A DNA stretch of 60,600 bases from a virus (taxonomy: Duplodnaviria; Caudoviricetes). The stretch spans positions 1 through 60,600 of IMG/VR virus record IMGVR_UViG_3300016657_000065. One strand, written 5' to 3'. The position numbers and the translations under genes were made by a program. Below are positions 27,744 through 37,022 of the stretch, piece after piece (position 1 is the first letter of the stretch; the number at the start of each line of letters is the position of its first letter). The notes under the pieces were generated by a model. The model made no database searches, had not been told where the DNA came from, and saw only the letters and a list, made by a program, of their open reading frames with translations.

Positions 27744-29885
27744 TTAATAGTAATCTGACACGAGTACAGGCAGGTTGGCACCTTTCTGTGTAGAATAAAC
27801 ACCCAGTGATTCCAGGATGTGGTAGAACACGGTACACACATTATACATCATGCCGCGAATATCCATGGCATCCATGATTTCTTTTGGAATGCCATTGTTC
27901 ATGCTAATAACTTCGCGACTCAGGATAATGGAACCCAAGTAGTTCTTATTGTGACGGTTCATCCACGCGGCCAAACGTGCGGCCAATTCCTGATCAGCCA
28001 TCCCTTTCAAGTATGCTTGAGTAGCTGCCGGGGTGTCTGTAGTCAGAGAGATACGAATACCGTCGTATGGTGGTGGCGGGCACGGACCATACTTCGGTTC
28101 GAATACTTCTTTCCACAGCGTGTAGTTGGTGTACGGCGATTCGGTTTCCGACTTAGTGTAGGATTCAGGTACGTTGATCTTGGCACGACGGAAGTAAGAA
28201 ATCTCACCCGCTGCAATTTCATCACGCACACTGCGCTCCATATCACCAATAGTCTTTAGGACTTCCGCAATCTTGATCTTCTCGCCTTTCACGATAGTGT
28301 ACATGATCTCTTCCATCATCTGCTTGGCACGCTTATTAATGCGTTCCGGAGCATTAGACGATTTCATGTGCACGCCTTTGATCTCTGTCTTATAGTCTTT
28401 AAAGACGTTACCTTCTTGACAGGAGATAATGGCATAGTAGTGTTTGGTCATCTGGGTAGCTACGAATACGTCGAACTTGAATTCGTTCTTCATCGCTACC
28501 TGATGGATACGCTCAGTCACTACCCCAAAGTTTGCCGACATGATGGCAAGAATGTGGGTAATGGCTTGCGATGCCAGGAAGATCATTACTGCCGCCACTG
28601 CATTATCGTGATCGCTAAACCCCAACTTACCATTAGTCCATACCACCCAACGCTCTACGGTAAAGATGGTGGAGTCAGTATCTGACGTAATGGCTACTTC
28701 ACGCACCATAGTCGGCAGATGTGCCAGCGATGGCGGTAGGTTGGAAGTCACGAAGAAACAGCGAATGAAATCACCGTACTCCATGATAGTGTTAGCGATG
28801 TTATTAGCGGTCGCCACAACACGTTCGTATTTGTCAGTACCCTTGATATCGTTAATGTGCTGCAAGCCACGGGTTTCTTCAGCGCAGACCTGCTTAGCCA
28901 AGTTAACGAAGTCTTCAGGAATACTTTTCATCACAGCATCAAGATCAGTACCTTCCGGCATGGTAGGTACTTTCATTGCCAGCTGTAGAATGAACTTACG
29001 AACCATGTCACCGTTATACAGCGAGATGCTATACAGGTCTCCCGTATAGAGCACCGCTGCACACTGCAAAGGTGTCAGTAGTCGAATAAACGACTTGATG
29101 TGGTTCATGGCCTTAACACTACGCCAGTATTCACGGCTACAGCGCACAACCATTTCAATTACCTGGTCATGGGTCGGCGCTACTAGCTGGAACTTCTCCA
29201 TTACGGCTTGGAGTTGTGCATAGTCTGTATTGTTAACAATGCTCACGATATTGTTCAGCGCAATATCTGGACGATGGTAATGGCGATTACCAGCTACCAT
29301 ACGTTCATTGTTAGCATTGCCGTAACCAGAAGTAATACGGCAAGTCGAGGTCAGGGTAGAATGAGCCGTCTTGTTAAAGAGCGGAGTACCGCCCGAGTTA
29401 TGGGCACCCGACAACGAGTTGTTATTGATCTTCTTGTTAGCCTGGTTGTTCTTCTCAATAACGTAAGTAACTTTGTCACCTGCCATTTCGGCACGGAACA
29501 TGGCTTTTTTGTGTACGCCACGCTTCTTTACGTTATCGTCAATGAAGGTTACATATGGCGATGCTTTACGATACGGATGTGCATAGGTAGTCAGGGTGCC
29601 GGCAATCAACTCACGTTTCTGAATAGACTCACCCAGATAACCCATCAGGGTGCCGACTTTCTTTTCACGATCACCATTAGGACCGCGTTCCAGGTACATT
29701 ACATCCGGATCTTTTTTCTTTTCTTGTACTTTCTTTTCTACGAAAGCGCGAATGGCTTCTTCCGTATGGCCAGTTGCAATCTTGAGATACGCTACCGCAT
29801 CTTCAATGTAGTGTTCAACTGGACGAATATCTCGTTTATAGCTGTCTTTTGGGTTAACAAACACCCCAGTGACTGGATGACTCAT
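27744..29885 (-). CDS. Family-B DNA polymerase, polymerase-domain subunit (phiKZ gp50-like)
   Basis: Motif B KKINNNSLSG, motif C TSDTDST, TKHYYA, EIKGVH. Confidence 0.88.
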   Translation of the reverse strand: MSHPVTGVFVNPKDSYKRDIRPVEHYIEDAVAYLKIATGHTEEAIRAFVEKKVQEKKKDPDVMYLERGPNGDREKKVGTLMGYLGESIQKRELIAGTLTTYAHPYRKASPYVTFIDDNVKKRGVHKKAMFRAEMAGDKVTYVIEKNNQANKKINNNSLSGAHNSGGTPLFNKTAHSTLTSTCRITSGYGNANNERMVAGNRHYHRPDIALNNIVSIVNNTDYAQLQAVMEKFQLVAPTHDQVIEMVVRCSREYWRSVKAMNHIKSFIRLLTPLQCAAVLYTGDLYSISLYNGDMVRKFILQLAMKVPTMPEGTDLDAVMKSIPEDFVNLAKQVCAEETRGLQHINDIKGTDKYERVVATANNIANTIMEYGDFIRCFFVTSNLPPSLAHLPTMVREVAITSDTDSTIFTVERWVVWTNGKLGFSDHDNAVAAVMIFLASQAITHILAIMSANFGVVTERIHQVAMKNEFKFDVFVATQMTKHYYAIISCQEGNVFKDYKTEIKGVHMKSSNAPERINKRAKQMMEEIMYTIVKGEKIKIAEVLKTIGDMERSVRDEIAAGEISYFRRAKINVPESYTKSETESPYTNYTLWKEVFEPKYGPCPPPPYDGIRISLTTDTPAATQAYLKGMADQELAARLAAWMNRHNKNYLGSIILSREVISMNNGIPKEIMDAMDIRGMMYNVCTVFYHILESLGVYSTQKGANLPVLVSDYY

Positions 29886-29939
29886 TTTACACCCCCGTTA
29901 GTCTGCACAGTATACAGCGGATGTGTATTTTTTAAATAG

Positions 29940-30022
29940 CGGCATATAAGCAGGCTTTCGCCTGTGGTCTAAAAGTTAGCAAAAAAAAAAAGAACCAGAG
30001 GAGCTTGGGAGGACTCCTCTGG
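29940..30022 (-). terminator. Tandem minus-strand terminators
   Basis: CCAGAGGAG/CTCCTCTGG stem with long U-run (29981-30022), then CAGGC-GAAA-GCCTG followed by TATGCCG (29940-29964). Confidence 0.75.
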
Positions 30023-30690
30023 CACGAGTTAAATGCACTTCACATGCCCCATAAGCAGTAGTTGGTGCTGGACAACACCCCATTGTACGCTAAGTGCGCA
30101 TCCCGAGTTACCGACAAGGCCACCCTACTTCCGAAGGTTCAGTGTGGACAGTGCCGATTAACCAAGGTCTCAACGTACAACAGGCTGCAGTCTAAACTGG
30201 TCACTGGCTATAAGACGATTTGCGTGCGAATACCGACGCTTCCGACGGCTTATCGCTACGTCAACCGTGGTTTTTTTGGCCGGCTTTCCGCCACCTAACC
30301 ACGACTGCCATTACCCAGTTTATTATACAACTTACGTGTTAGTCTTCACGTCGTACCGTTTATTATCTGTTCACAGGGGACTAGACTGAGACCAGATAAA
30401 AGTAAAACCAGATCGATTAGACGATAACTCTTCGACCGGGGAGTACGTGCTCCTATGACATGTTACCATGTTTCGTCTTTATTTATATACCGATAGACTC
30501 GTCAGATAGTGTCGGTAAAGGTACTAAGCACTCGTCGCCTGCGTGGGCGACAAAGCGACGAGTGCTGTTCCCTTTTGAAGGACGCGGAGACATCATGCGT
30601 ACGGGTAACCAATCCGTTGTGGCCTGAACTGCTAAAACGAGGAAAAGCAATCAATGGCCGGATGTTCTCCAAATGATGGAGATGATTGGT
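30023..30690. ncRNA. Candidate large structured non-coding RNA (~670 nt)
   Basis: No credible ORF; many helices including a perfect 12-bp stem (30527-30566) and a multi-branch junction (30419-30478); bounded by a terminator and a promoter-like motif. Confidence 0.5.
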
Positions 30691-30708
30691 ATTTTTTTAC
30701 GCACTACA

Positions 30709-31116
30709 TTAGACCAGCGAAATTTCCAACTGGTCAAAGCCATTACTGATGAGCGCATTTCGAATAGCTGGAACATCAGATACATTCACGCCAGAGACCA
30801 CTATGTTAACCCTGGCGGCTTGGATCTGGGTGATTGTGTCCGGATTGATCCAACCAGTGGAGAGGATGGTTTCTTGGCCAGAGTCCAGACGCACTTTGAT
30901 ATAAGTGTAATCATCGGGATTCGGACTAGAACCCGCTGGCAGATACGGCATTAGCTGCTGGTGTGCCGCAGTAATGTCTGCAAACAGTTCAGCAGTAGCA
31001 CGATCGAACTCAGCTACGACAGTCAGGTTGTTAAAGCGATTACCCAAGATACCGATTGCTTCCGGCCACGGCTGAAAGCTATACGACTGCAGTACTTGGA
31101 AGTTAGTATTGGACAT
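30709..31116 (-). CDS. Conserved phiKZ-family protein (gp49-like position)
   Basis: 135 aa, GGAG SD, last gene of a tight operon. Confidence 0.7.
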   Translation of the reverse strand: MSNTNFQVLQSYSFQPWPEAIGILGNRFNNLTVVAEFDRATAELFADITAAHQQLMPYLPAGSSPNPDDYTYIKVRLDSGQETILSTGWINPDTITQIQAARVNIVVSGVNVSDVPAIRNALISNGFDQLEISLV

Positions 31117-31127
31117 AATGACTCCGT

Positions 31128-31871
31128 TTAATCTTCTAAGTGAATCAGTATCAAGGTACCATTCACCAAAGAGAAGTTCTTGATTGCAAAGTTGGTGTAG
31201 AACTTACCATCTTCGAAACCACCGATTTTATATTTCTTTAGGGCCAAACAATAGTTTAAGGCCATGTGCTTCATGTGGTAATGTAGCACGTCACTAAACA
31301 TGGTGTAGCCACATGAGAAATCAAGAGACCCCAACAATAGCTTGGTGGTTCTGACTTCTTCTACTCGCACATCGATGGTGGGCTCATTCAGGCAGATCTC
31401 GTCGAACATATTAACAATGCCTTGTTCGATGAGGCTGATGAGTCGCAGTTTATCCTCAGCGGAGAGCTTCGACTCATGGATGAGCTTAACTGGGGTCAGG
31501 AATACTTCTTGGTAATTAGCAAAACCGACCACATCAATCAGCGATACACTCACACAATATCGACTATCTACGGCTTCCATTTCAATTATCCCTTTATTCT
31601 CGTCTATGAACTTAGCAACAAATACTGGACCAAAGTCACTACTTACAATCGTGGTTTCCACGTAAGTTAAGAAGCGCCGCATAGTTTTGCTATGTTGCGT
31701 GATCCAATCCTGATCTTCACCAGGACCCATGATTTCTGCAATGTAGTTTGAAAGCGCTACTGATAAGGCAGTGACATGGCCATTAGCCAACAGATGCAGA
31801 TACTCTAGCAAGGCATGCATGAGGGTATCTGGATCAATTGGCTTCCAGCGACTAGTGTCTATCTGGTGCAT
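31128..31871 (-). CDS. Hypothetical protein
   Basis: 247-aa ORF in a tightly packed operon. Confidence 0.7.
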   Translation of the reverse strand: MHQIDTSRWKPIDPDTLMHALLEYLHLLANGHVTALSVALSNYIAEIMGPGEDQDWITQHSKTMRRFLTYVETTIVSSDFGPVFVAKFIDENKGIIEMEAVDSRYCVSVSLIDVVGFANYQEVFLTPVKLIHESKLSAEDKLRLISLIEQGIVNMFDEICLNEPTIDVRVEEVRTTKLLLGSLDFSCGYTMFSDVLHYHMKHMALNYCLALKKYKIGGFEDGKFYTNFAIKNFSLVNGTLILIHLED

Positions 31872-31874
31872 AGG

Positions 31875-32270
31875 TTAATCCTTGCCTTTAATAGTGCATA
31901 CAAAACTCTCGTTGTTAAGGATACGTAAATTGCTAGCCTCTAAATCTGGGTTAAGCATGTACCGGATTACTACGTCATTTAACGCTTCCTGTGCTGGCAT
32001 GCCTGAGGCATACAACATACCCGAGGAGAATGGTGAGAATCCAAGTGAATCGTCCAATACACCACCGTCAATTAGGTCATCCATTACTGCAGCGATCCCA
32101 CTGATATCTGAAGCATACGGGTCACTCAGATTAAACATCTGAATGGAATTATTGAACATGTGGGAGAGTACTGCCTCGCGACAGAACTCCCCGACATGCT
32201 CGTATGCCGCATTGAAAAAATCGTTTACTTCAGGTGGTAGTGGGAACAATGTGCGAACGCCATTGCTCAT
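31875..32270 (-). CDS. Hypothetical protein
   Basis: 131 aa, ATGA coupling. Confidence 0.7.
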   Translation of the reverse strand: MSNGVRTLFPLPPEVNDFFNAAYEHVGEFCREAVLSHMFNNSIQMFNLSDPYASDISGIAAVMDDLIDGGVLDDSLGFSPFSSGMLYASGMPAQEALNDVVIRYMLNPDLEASNLRILNNESFVCTIKGKD

Positions 32271-32695
32271 ACCTTAATCTCCAGTAGAATGGAATCTCCA
32301 GTTACCCAGCGACAACTCTTTATGGTCAGACCTTCGATCTTCTGTTTGAAGTACCGAAGCAATAACTCATTCAAGTAGTCATCCAAGAGTTCACCGATCA
32401 ATTCCAAACGACAGACGTTCTTGGTGTACTCATACATCATGACACCATAGATAGGCGGGTTACGTTCTACCCAGGAATCGTAAGCATACACCAAATGCTC
32501 GCCAAGACTACTCATGTTAAAGGGTTCTGGTTGACGTTCGATATGTCTCCAGAACTTACCTTCAGAACTGAAGTAATCTCTGATTACACCACGCAACCCA
32601 CCCTCGTAGAACTCCCAAAGATAACGATTAAGTTCAACGTCGTCACGCTTGTCGAATTCTCGTAAGATGGGTTCCATTGTCAATAGAACGTTCAT
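32267..32695 (-). CDS. Hypothetical protein
   Basis: 142 aa, operon packing. Confidence 0.7.
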   Translation of the reverse strand: MNVLLTMEPILREFDKRDDVELNRYLWEFYEGGLRGVIRDYFSSEGKFWRHIERQPEPFNMSSLGEHLVYAYDSWVERNPPIYGVMMYEYTKNVCRLELIGELLDDYLNELLLRYFKQKIEGLTIKSCRWVTGDSILLEIKV

Positions 32696-32696
32696 G

Positions 32697-33092
32697 TTAC
32701 TGTCCCAGACTCAACCATTCTGCGGTTGGTATTGTAATCACCACACCGTTATCGGTGAATGAAAACGCCAGGTATTGACTGATAGAGTGGAACTCTACAG
32801 CGGTGAGGTTACCAAATACAATCCCCATTTTGCTGCTAAGCGCTTGGTTAAACCATGGGTAATAGCTACCCAAGAGAAACTGCAACTTTTGGCTGCGGTA
32901 TTCCACATCGTTAGCCGCTTCCATGAAGATATCCAAGAAGTCCTGCACCACCGATGCTGGCGACAACGAAGGTTCAAACGACATGAACGAATGTTGGCTG
33001 TTAGCTTCGGTGATTCGATTGGGTAGAATACGTTCGATCTGCAAAAAGATATCCGTCAGATCAATGTAGATAGTTTTGGTAATATCAGTCAC
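32697..33092 (-). CDS. Hypothetical protein
   Basis: 131 aa, overlaps the upstream stop. Confidence 0.65.
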   Translation of the reverse strand: MTDITKTIYIDLTDIFLQIERILPNRITEANSQHSFMSFEPSLSPASVVQDFLDIFMEAANDVEYRSQKLQFLLGSYYPWFNQALSSKMGIVFGNLTAVEFHSISQYLAFSFTDNGVVITIPTAEWLSLGQ

Positions 33093-33747
33093 TCCATTCC
33101 CCCGACTTTACCTTTTCATTGTACACATGGATCCGATAGTCGATGGTTTTCTCAATGGAAACCTCTTCGCCATGCAAGACCTGCAAATGTACCTTGTAGT
33201 GATCGTTACCCATGAAGTCGTCAATCATGGACTGTACTGGATGGATGATGCGCATCACTTCATCGTAGATCTTGTCCAGTTCATTATCCTGATGCTCAGT
33301 CATATCGCAAGCAGCTGGAAAACTACCCGGTACCAAGTGATTACGAATGATGTCAATCACACCAGTGTTTTTGATCTTGGTCAACATGAAATGATTCTGC
33401 AGCTGACGTTCGATCAGGTTCTGGATCAACAGGAAAGCCCGGTGCGGCAAATACGGCTTATCTGCCAATAGAGCACGTGCCCGATATGGTAGTACCAGTT
33501 CATCTTTGTCGGTAAAGATGTCACCGATAATGAGATTGCGGTTATCCAGTAATTGTTGTCCAATCACCTTAACCACGCTACCATCCCGTGCGTACTGAAT
33601 GTACTGCTGGTGCGGTAGGATGATCGGCGACGAGTTGATTGGGATATACAGGCCTTTGTCATATGGTCGCATTCTATCGCCAATCAGGTCTTCCAATTGC
33701 TGTGCACACGACAGCAATGGTATCGTCAGTCTGCGTTCAATTTCCAT
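33085..33747 (-). CDS. Conserved phiKZ-family hypothetical protein
   Basis: 220 aa, C-terminal IEKTIDYRI; GAGGAG-like SD. Confidence 0.7.
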   Translation of the reverse strand: MEIERRLTIPLLSCAQQLEDLIGDRMRPYDKGLYIPINSSPIILPHQQYIQYARDGSVVKVIGQQLLDNRNLIIGDIFTDKDELVLPYRARALLADKPYLPHRAFLLIQNLIERQLQNHFMLTKIKNTGVIDIIRNHLVPGSFPAACDMTEHQDNELDKIYDEVMRIIHPVQSMIDDFMGNDHYKVHLQVLHGEEVSIEKTIDYRIHVYNEKVKSGEWSD

Positions 33748-34156
33748 GGGGCTCTTCTCTCTTGTATGACAGCACTAGCGTACCAGCTATGAGATCAACA
33801 GCGACTGGATTGTCGCCATAGATTCGATGTCCATGGTAGCTCAATGCTTTATGTAAGTGCGGGTATCTGTTCAAGATGTGGGCGTAGAACGTACGGTACG
33901 GTTCTCGTGTTGAGATGTGGTCCAGTACGTTGTAGCCAAAATTCTTGGTCAGGTATTCTTTATAGAAGTACAGTACCATTTTAATAGTACTGTAGCTGTT
34001 AAGGATAGCTTCTAGATCAGGCCTTGCTTTAAGTGCATAGTGGTGTAGCTCGCTCCCAACTTCGCCAATCACCACGGCTTGATCCATCACGTCATGCAGG
34101 GAGACTACGCCATTCGCGGGAATAAAAACCCTTCCCATGAAAAGTTTGCCTTCCAT
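33737..34156 (-). CDS. Hypothetical protein
   Basis: AGGAGA SD before ATG 34156 (139 aa). Confidence 0.65.
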   Translation of the reverse strand: MEGKLFMGRVFIPANGVVSLHDVMDQAVVIGEVGSELHHYALKARPDLEAILNSYSTIKMVLYFYKEYLTKNFGYNVLDHISTREPYRTFYAHILNRYPHLHKALSYHGHRIYGDNPVAVDLIAGTLVLSYKREEPHGN

Positions 34157-34532
34157 TACTGTATCTCCTAGGATCCATAGAATCCACAAAGTGTGTATTT
34201 TAAGGCTGTAAAACGGCATAAGAGCGCACGAACCCCGAAGGACCCATGCGCTCTATGTCTGCAGCTTGAAAAACTTTCCTATCGACCTTAAAATGGATTT
34301 AAACGATAGATAGGAAAGGGGTCGGAAACCGACCCTCTTCTTTGTTTGCAGCATCACACTGCACGGCCAAGGTTGAGGTAAGTATAAACCCGATGCGAAT
34401 TCGCTTTTGATTTGAATTGGTCACCAGTTTATCCACATGCCACAATGTAGCCCTATCGACATGTGCCGACAGATTTGTTTGCGGTACGTCCAACTAACTC
34501 ATACGCTCCCTCGAGTTAACGATTTGGCAAAG

Positions 34533-34796
34533 TTAGTTACTTCCAGCAAAGCGAGCATCACAATGGTTTCGTCTCGTTCTGAACTCCCCCTTTAGGAGTT
34601 GATTAAGACTGTTTGCCTTTTGGCAAGAAACCCAGACTGTTTCTATAATCAGTGCTAGGCGGGCCGTCTTTACGGGCTCGTAAGCAATTACCCAGTAAAC
34701 AAAGACTGTATCAAGTGATGCGAACAATGCGATGTAGAGGAAGCATACTATTGCTACAATCCACATAACACTCATCCTGCACGTCTTCAGTTTCAT
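34533..34796 (-). CDS. Small predicted membrane protein
   Basis: Hydrophobic stretch VMWIVAIVCFLYIALF; overlaps the upstream ORF. Confidence 0.4.
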   Translation of the reverse strand: MKLKTCRMSVMWIVAIVCFLYIALFASLDTVFVYWVIAYEPVKTARLALIIETVWVSCQKANSLNQLLKGEFRTRRNHCDARFAGSN

Positions 34797-35013
34797 CTAG
34801 GTACGGGGCTAACCTGACACCCTTATGACAGTGCTTGTCCGTCACCTTGACGCGTAGTTGTATCGGCAAACTGCGTGTCGCCGAGATTGATGGGGCCACA
34901 AGATAGGCCCAAACCAAAGACGCCAGGAAGATCAGCCATTCCAGGTCAAAGAGCACGGTAGCAAATGCGTCTTTAACCACAGATACGGTTTCGATCCATC
35001 CCAGCATCTTCAC
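34711..35013 (-). CDS. Small predicted membrane protein
   Basis: AAGGGAG SD directly after phuZ; hydrophobic segment. Confidence 0.5.
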   Translation of the reverse strand: MKMLGWIETVSVVKDAFATVLFDLEWLIFLASLVWAYLVAPSISATRSLPIQLRVKVTDKHCHKGVRLAPYLDETEDVQDECYVDCSNSMLPLHRIVRIT

Positions 35014-35022
35014 TCCCTTGAA

Positions 35023-36018
35023 TTACAGAACGGTACCGGATTCGGTATCGCTAGTCAGGCCGGAGAATACCGACTTACCACGCACTCGTGCAGCTGCTTG
35101 TTCGTTCAGATCACGCAGGATGCTATCGAGTTCAGATACCACTACTTCAAAGAAGCCATCGGCGATGATGTAGTGAATCGGTGCCATGTCGCGCAGGTAT
35201 TCCGCTTCAGACGGCAGGATGCCAGTGCACTGGTAGTCCACCACTTTATGGAAGTCAGTGGAGTTCTTGTCAATGGCCAGTGTGCAAACACTGATCACAT
35301 GACCCAGCTCTTCGGCGATCTCCGAGAACTTGGCAGTCACCATCGAGAACACAGCCAGCTGCGGCGGAACTGCGCCACCAGTGGTCTTCGGGAAGTCCAG
35401 CCAGTGGGTGATGTCGGAGGTATCCAGACCAGAGGTTTCCACCGCAGTCATGGCAACCAGAGTTACCAGTGCAGAGATGTCGGCACGAATGCGTTCATCA
35501 ACCATGGATTGATTCATGGTCTTGCTGTTCTGGTAGTAACCCATCACTACCGGGAACTGACGGCGCTGGCTGATGTTGGCGTACGACTTGATGGTCTTGA
35601 TGGTGTTTTCGATCTCGATCTTCGAGCTAGTCGAACCCACAGTCAGTACCACTACGTTGTGGCCACGTTCAATCAGTTCGGAAACCAGTTCCGGAGCAAT
35701 CACCGAACCCGAACCACCGGAAGCCGACGACACCACGATGTTGAAATCACCTGGCTTATGCTGCAGCAGGATTTCGCGAATGTGCTGGTTGATGACTTGG
35801 TAGTTCTCACGACGGATTTTACCGGAGCCGTCCAGATCTTTGAACAGGTATACGGTATTGGTTTCTACCGAGCTGGGCAGATTGCTGCGGCTGGTGTCAA
35901 TGTATGCCGGGAAGATCTCGACATTGTTACTGCGGGTCAGGGCGTTCAGATTGGTATTGGCAACGATGTTAGTGCCGGCACCACCGCAGCTATAGATCCG
36001 TACAGTTTTATTGCTCAT
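35023..36018 (-). CDS. phuZ: PhuZ tubulin-like GTPase
   Basis: CGGAGTNI, IDTSRSN, GSGKIR and the tubulin signature SGGSGS. Confidence 0.93.
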   Translation of the reverse strand: MSNKTVRIYSCGGAGTNIVANTNLNALTRSNNVEIFPAYIDTSRSNLPSSVETNTVYLFKDLDGSGKIRRENYQVINQHIREILLQHKPGDFNIVVSSASGGSGSVIAPELVSELIERGHNVVVLTVGSTSSKIEIENTIKTIKSYANISQRRQFPVVMGYYQNSKTMNQSMVDERIRADISALVTLVAMTAVETSGLDTSDITHWLDFPKTTGGAVPPQLAVFSMVTAKFSEIAEELGHVISVCTLAIDKNSTDFHKVVDYQCTGILPSEAEYLRDMAPIHYIIADGFFEVVVSELDSILRDLNEQAAARVRGKSVFSGLTSDTESGTVL

Positions 36019-36131
36019 TTGCTTTATTCCTCGTTTTTAAAAATCACACTAGGTTGAATAGTGCACATGATTGAAGCTAGGAGTGTAAATTTATACCCAC
36101 GACAGGTTATTGTCGTACGACTCCACATTGA

Positions 36132-36154
36132 TGATATGTGTCTAAAAGCTTTTT
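36132..36154 (-). promoter_or_regulatory. Early-type promoter motif, copy 4
   Basis: Minus strand AAAAAGCTTTTAGACACATATCA upstream of phuZ. Confidence 0.65.
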
Positions 36155-36174
36155 CATTTGTATAGGAGACTGCT

Positions 36175-36975
36175 ATGGCTGTCTTGAAAAAAGCCCTCGG
36201 TGACTTGTCATTCAGAATCCCACCACACATTCTTAATGCCGTATTCATCGAGCGGTTCTTTGATTATCGCTCACGTCCTATGTCGCTAGAAGAAGCGATC
36301 ATGGCGCGAGTGATTCGACCGCGAGTCATGATGGACTGTGATATTGTAGGTGGCACAGAAACTGTTATTGACATTTCCAATGTACCATCTGAACAAGTTG
36401 ATATCACGACTTGGGTATTGCGTATCCCTAAGAGTAAGACGCAGAATCGTTCTATCATTTCTGTTTTGGGTGTGACTTTTGTACGTCCTGATAATCGGGC
36501 GTATGTTAACACCCCTATGGCTAATGCTGGCTCTTTGATGATGAGTGCCAATGCCTTGATGCAAGTACAGACCACGCCACCTAATCTTTCTACACATCGC
36601 GTAGACCTGATTGGTGAGAATGTAATCTTGCTATCGGAAACCTCTTACCTGCAGCCTGCAATGCAGTTGCATTGTATACTGGGTAGTGACGACCAATTGT
36701 CACATATCAAGCTGCGGTATTACTTGATGTTTTCGCGCCTGGTTGAGCTGGCAGTGAAGTCGTTCATATACAATGAATACATTGTTGAAATGGACATGGC
36801 TGAATTGCGGGGCGGTGCTAACCTTGGTCGTTTCAAGGACATCATTGAAAACTACAGTGATGCGGAACAGGAGTATCAATTGTTCCTAGCTGAGAAATGG
36901 AAGAAGTGCTCCATGATGAACGATGAACTATCCCATTCACGTTACATCAATGCACTTATTGGCGCTAATCGCTAA
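36175..36975 (+). CDS. Conserved phiKZ-family protein, probably a virion (neck/head-tail) component
   Basis: 266 aa, AGGAGA SD; FRIPPHIL, VIRPRV..DC and AVKSFIYN motifs; function inferred only. Confidence 0.55.
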   Translation: MAVLKKALGDLSFRIPPHILNAVFIERFFDYRSRPMSLEEAIMARVIRPRVMMDCDIVGGTETVIDISNVPSEQVDITTWVLRIPKSKTQNRSIISVLGVTFVRPDNRAYVNTPMANAGSLMMSANALMQVQTTPPNLSTHRVDLIGENVILLSETSYLQPAMQLHCILGSDDQLSHIKLRYYLMFSRLVELAVKSFIYNEYIVEMDMAELRGGANLGRFKDIIENYSDAEQEYQLFLAEKWKKCSMMNDELSHSRYINALIGANR

Positions 36976-36982
36976 TTGAAGC

Positions 36983-37021
36983 AAAAAAAAAAGAGTGGGG
37001 GCAACCCCACTCTTTATGACG
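36983..37021. terminator. Bidirectional terminator
   Basis: A-run, then AAAGAGTGGGG-GCAA-CCCCACTCTTT, then ATGACG, between convergent genes. Confidence 0.8.
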
Positions 37022-37022
37022 G

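Noticed and set aside
29981-30700. CRISPR mini-array, tRNA or tmRNA; 78-aa ORF 30062..30298
   Set aside because: Only short repeats (GTTTATTAT x2, TACCGA x3) without regular spacing; no cloverleaf or tmRNA ends; the ORF has a TTG start and no clear SD
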